Source of the DNA: Botryllus schlosseri
Lineage: Eukaryota
DNA length: 64,000 bases
Assembly (NCBI GenBank): GCA_051294905.1
Contig: CM119372.1
Span: 23,994,001 to 24,058,000 of the forward strand
Direction of reading: 5' to 3'
Program-made: the position numbers and the translations under genes
Notes under the pieces: generated by a model
What the model was told of the DNA's origin: nothing
Database searches by the model: none
The model's input: only the letters and a program-made list of their open reading frames with translations
Part shown: one piece after another, positions 62,270 to 64,000 of the stretch
Layout of the letters: the number at the start of each line of letters is the position of its first letter
Numbering within the stretch: position 1 is the stretch's first letter

Positions 62270-63925
62270 TCAAGTTGACAGACAAAACAATTGGAATTCA
62301 CCAAGATTGCGCCGTGTAATCTGCGCTTCTTCGTCAGACACATTGAGGACATCGATATTCAATGTCCTGATTGGTGCATCGTGCGACTTCCCTCCAAAAA
62401 TATACAGCTTATCGTCTCCAAGACACAGTGCACTGTCACAGCAGTCTATTTCAAGATCCCTGATGACCTGCCACTGCTCCGTGACTAGGCTGAAGTACTC
62501 CACACTTTGTGGTCCACCACCAACGGCATATAGGGTATCCCTGTACCAAATGCCAGCTCCCGAATGTCTTCCAATGTTCAAAGACGGAAAAGAAGAGTAT
62601 CGTTCGATGTCGCTTATCCCATCAAATAAGTTCAATTTCCAGACAGATCTGTGGCTATTCACAGTGTTTCCACCCATAACATAAATAGCTTCACAGCGAT
62701 TGATCGGCAACGAATTACCCACAGCAACAAAAAAACCACTGTCAAAATCTGATTCAATGTCGATGATCTCCTCTTCTCTTGATGTATCTACTACAACTGT
62801 ACCGGAAGTGCTAACCATCACCACCCATTGTCCGCAACCAACAACAGCATTGAAACTTGGTTGACCACGAGGATGTTCCAAGAACTCTACCTCCCAAGTT
62901 GAACCATACAGGCTCCATAGTCTATTTCCACTACCAACATATATCGATCCATTATGCTCCGTAATGGAATATAGCCGTATATCGCAAGCTCCGTAGACCA
63001 AGTCATTGTCTTCTATTTTTCCCAATCGTGAGCATTCTTCAGTATCGATGTCGTACTTATAAACCAAATGCGATTTCTCGTTGACTGTGACAATATGGGG
63101 TGATTCAAAGGGCAAATCCGTTTTTCTGACAGAAGGTGAGTGACGGGTAAATACATTTTTATTGATAAGCTGCAAACATGTCTTTGAATCGTTGATCAAT
63201 TCTTCACAGCAGATTTCCTCACTCACGAACTCGATAGGAAGGCAACGAAGATCAAGGATTCTAAAAATTTGTTCAAAGTAACAACGTCTTGCAGGGTCTG
63301 CTTTGGTCCATGACAAGATTCCAGACCATTTTTCCATTTCTTGATCATGTTGACTCACCTTGATTAACCCCAGGCAGTAGACCAGGCTATCATAGTCTAA
63401 CGACAGAAAATCCTGGGTCTTCCGAAATTTTTTAAATCCAGAGCTGAGGAATTTCCTAATAGGTAATTCCAGATAGTCCTTGTCATGGAGACGGGTCAGG
63501 GACATCACTTCGGCACAGCTGCGCATATTAACATTTTCTGCAAGAAATTCGATGCAAAGTTCAGACAGCTTCGGCATTTGCATCATTACTGAAGCATCTA
63601 AAAGCCCGTGTGCTACAGTCATCGAGATGCCAACCGTTCCAGAATAGATAAAGTCGATGCATTGCTTAACAACTTCTGAATCCATTGTCGGAAATTCAAC
63701 AATTCCTGTTTCGGATTCTTTTGTGTCGTTGAATAACATGGCTTCGAAATATTTTGTAGCCGAAGCCAATATCATTTTGTGAGCCTTGAATTGTGAATCA
63801 CCACACTTGATAGTGACATCACAAAATCTTTTATCGGTTTTCTGCTTCAGTATAGAAGCATGCAGATCGCTGGTATGGTCCTTAGACGTCTTGAAAATAA
63901 TATCACCAGGCAAATCCATGACCAC
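62270..63925 (-). CDS. Intronless Kelch-like protein (BTB-BACK-degenerate Kelch); likely ATG at 63919
   Basis: BTB FCDVTIKC...FKAHKMILASATKYFEAML; BACK; Kelch GG motifs YVMGG, YAVGG, YIFGG. Confidence 0.9.
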   Translation of the reverse strand: MVMDLPGDIIFKTSKDHTSDLHASILKQKTDKRFCDVTIKCGDSQFKAHKMILASATKYFEAMLFNDTKESETGIVEFPTMDSEVVKQCIDFIYSGTVGISMTVAHGLLDASVMMQMPKLSELCIEFLAENVNMRSCAEVMSLTRLHDKDYLELPIRKFLSSGFKKFRKTQDFLSLDYDSLVYCLGLIKVSQHDQEMEKWSGILSWTKADPARRCYFEQIFRILDLRCLPIEFVSEEICCEELINDSKTCLQLINKNVFTRHSPSVRKTDLPFESPHIVTVNEKSHLVYKYDIDTEECSRLGKIEDNDLVYGACDIRLYSITEHNGSIYVGSGNRLWSLYGSTWEVEFLEHPRGQPSFNAVVGCGQWVVMVSTSGTVVVDTSREEEIIDIESDFDSGFFVAVGNSLPINRCEAIYVMGGNTVNSHRSVWKLNLFDGISDIERYSSFPSLNIGRHSGAGIWYRDTLYAVGGGPQSVEYFSLVTEQWQVIRDLEIDCCDSALCLGDDKLYIFGGKSHDAPIRTLNIDVLNVSDEEAQITRRNLGEFQLFCLST

Positions 63926-64000
63926 CTATCTAGTATCTATATGTCTGACCATATGACCTACGATAATTCACACCCAAACTTAAGTCAATTTCACAAATAG

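Overview
AT-rich animal genomic DNA with compact multi-exon genes, many 52-68 nt introns and dense non-autonomous repeats. A tunicate (ascidian) source is inferred, mainly from the troponin C-like gene and the intron sizes; this is not proven. Nine protein-coding genes can be assembled by hand. On the plus strand: an intronless MPPED1/2-family metallophosphoesterase, a divergent 6-exon troponin C-like gene, and an 11-exon AGGF1 orthologue. On the minus strand, a co-oriented run of six: an intronless BTB-BACK-Kelch gene, a 13-exon gene with three RRMs plus Pro-rich, RS-like and matrin-type zinc-finger regions, three tandem 2-exon RAB24-family GTPases, and a 5-exon RLIG1/C12orf29 RNA ligase. The best candidates for something undescribed are: (1) the RAB24 triplet, whose members share one intron position but carry three different switch-II residues (S, E, Q); (2) a possible trans-spliced operon linking RAB24 to RLIG1; (3) the qRRM-like plus matrin-ZnF domain combination; and (4) a TnC paralogue with an apparently Ca-blind N-lobe. 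Repeats include at least eight MITE/hAT-type families with 8-bp target-site duplications, two tRNA-derived SINEs, CR1/L2-type LINE fragments, Penelope and probable Chapaev remnants, a decayed 28S rDNA fragment, and several near-perfect hairpins. All exon models and motif matches were made by eye; no database search was run.
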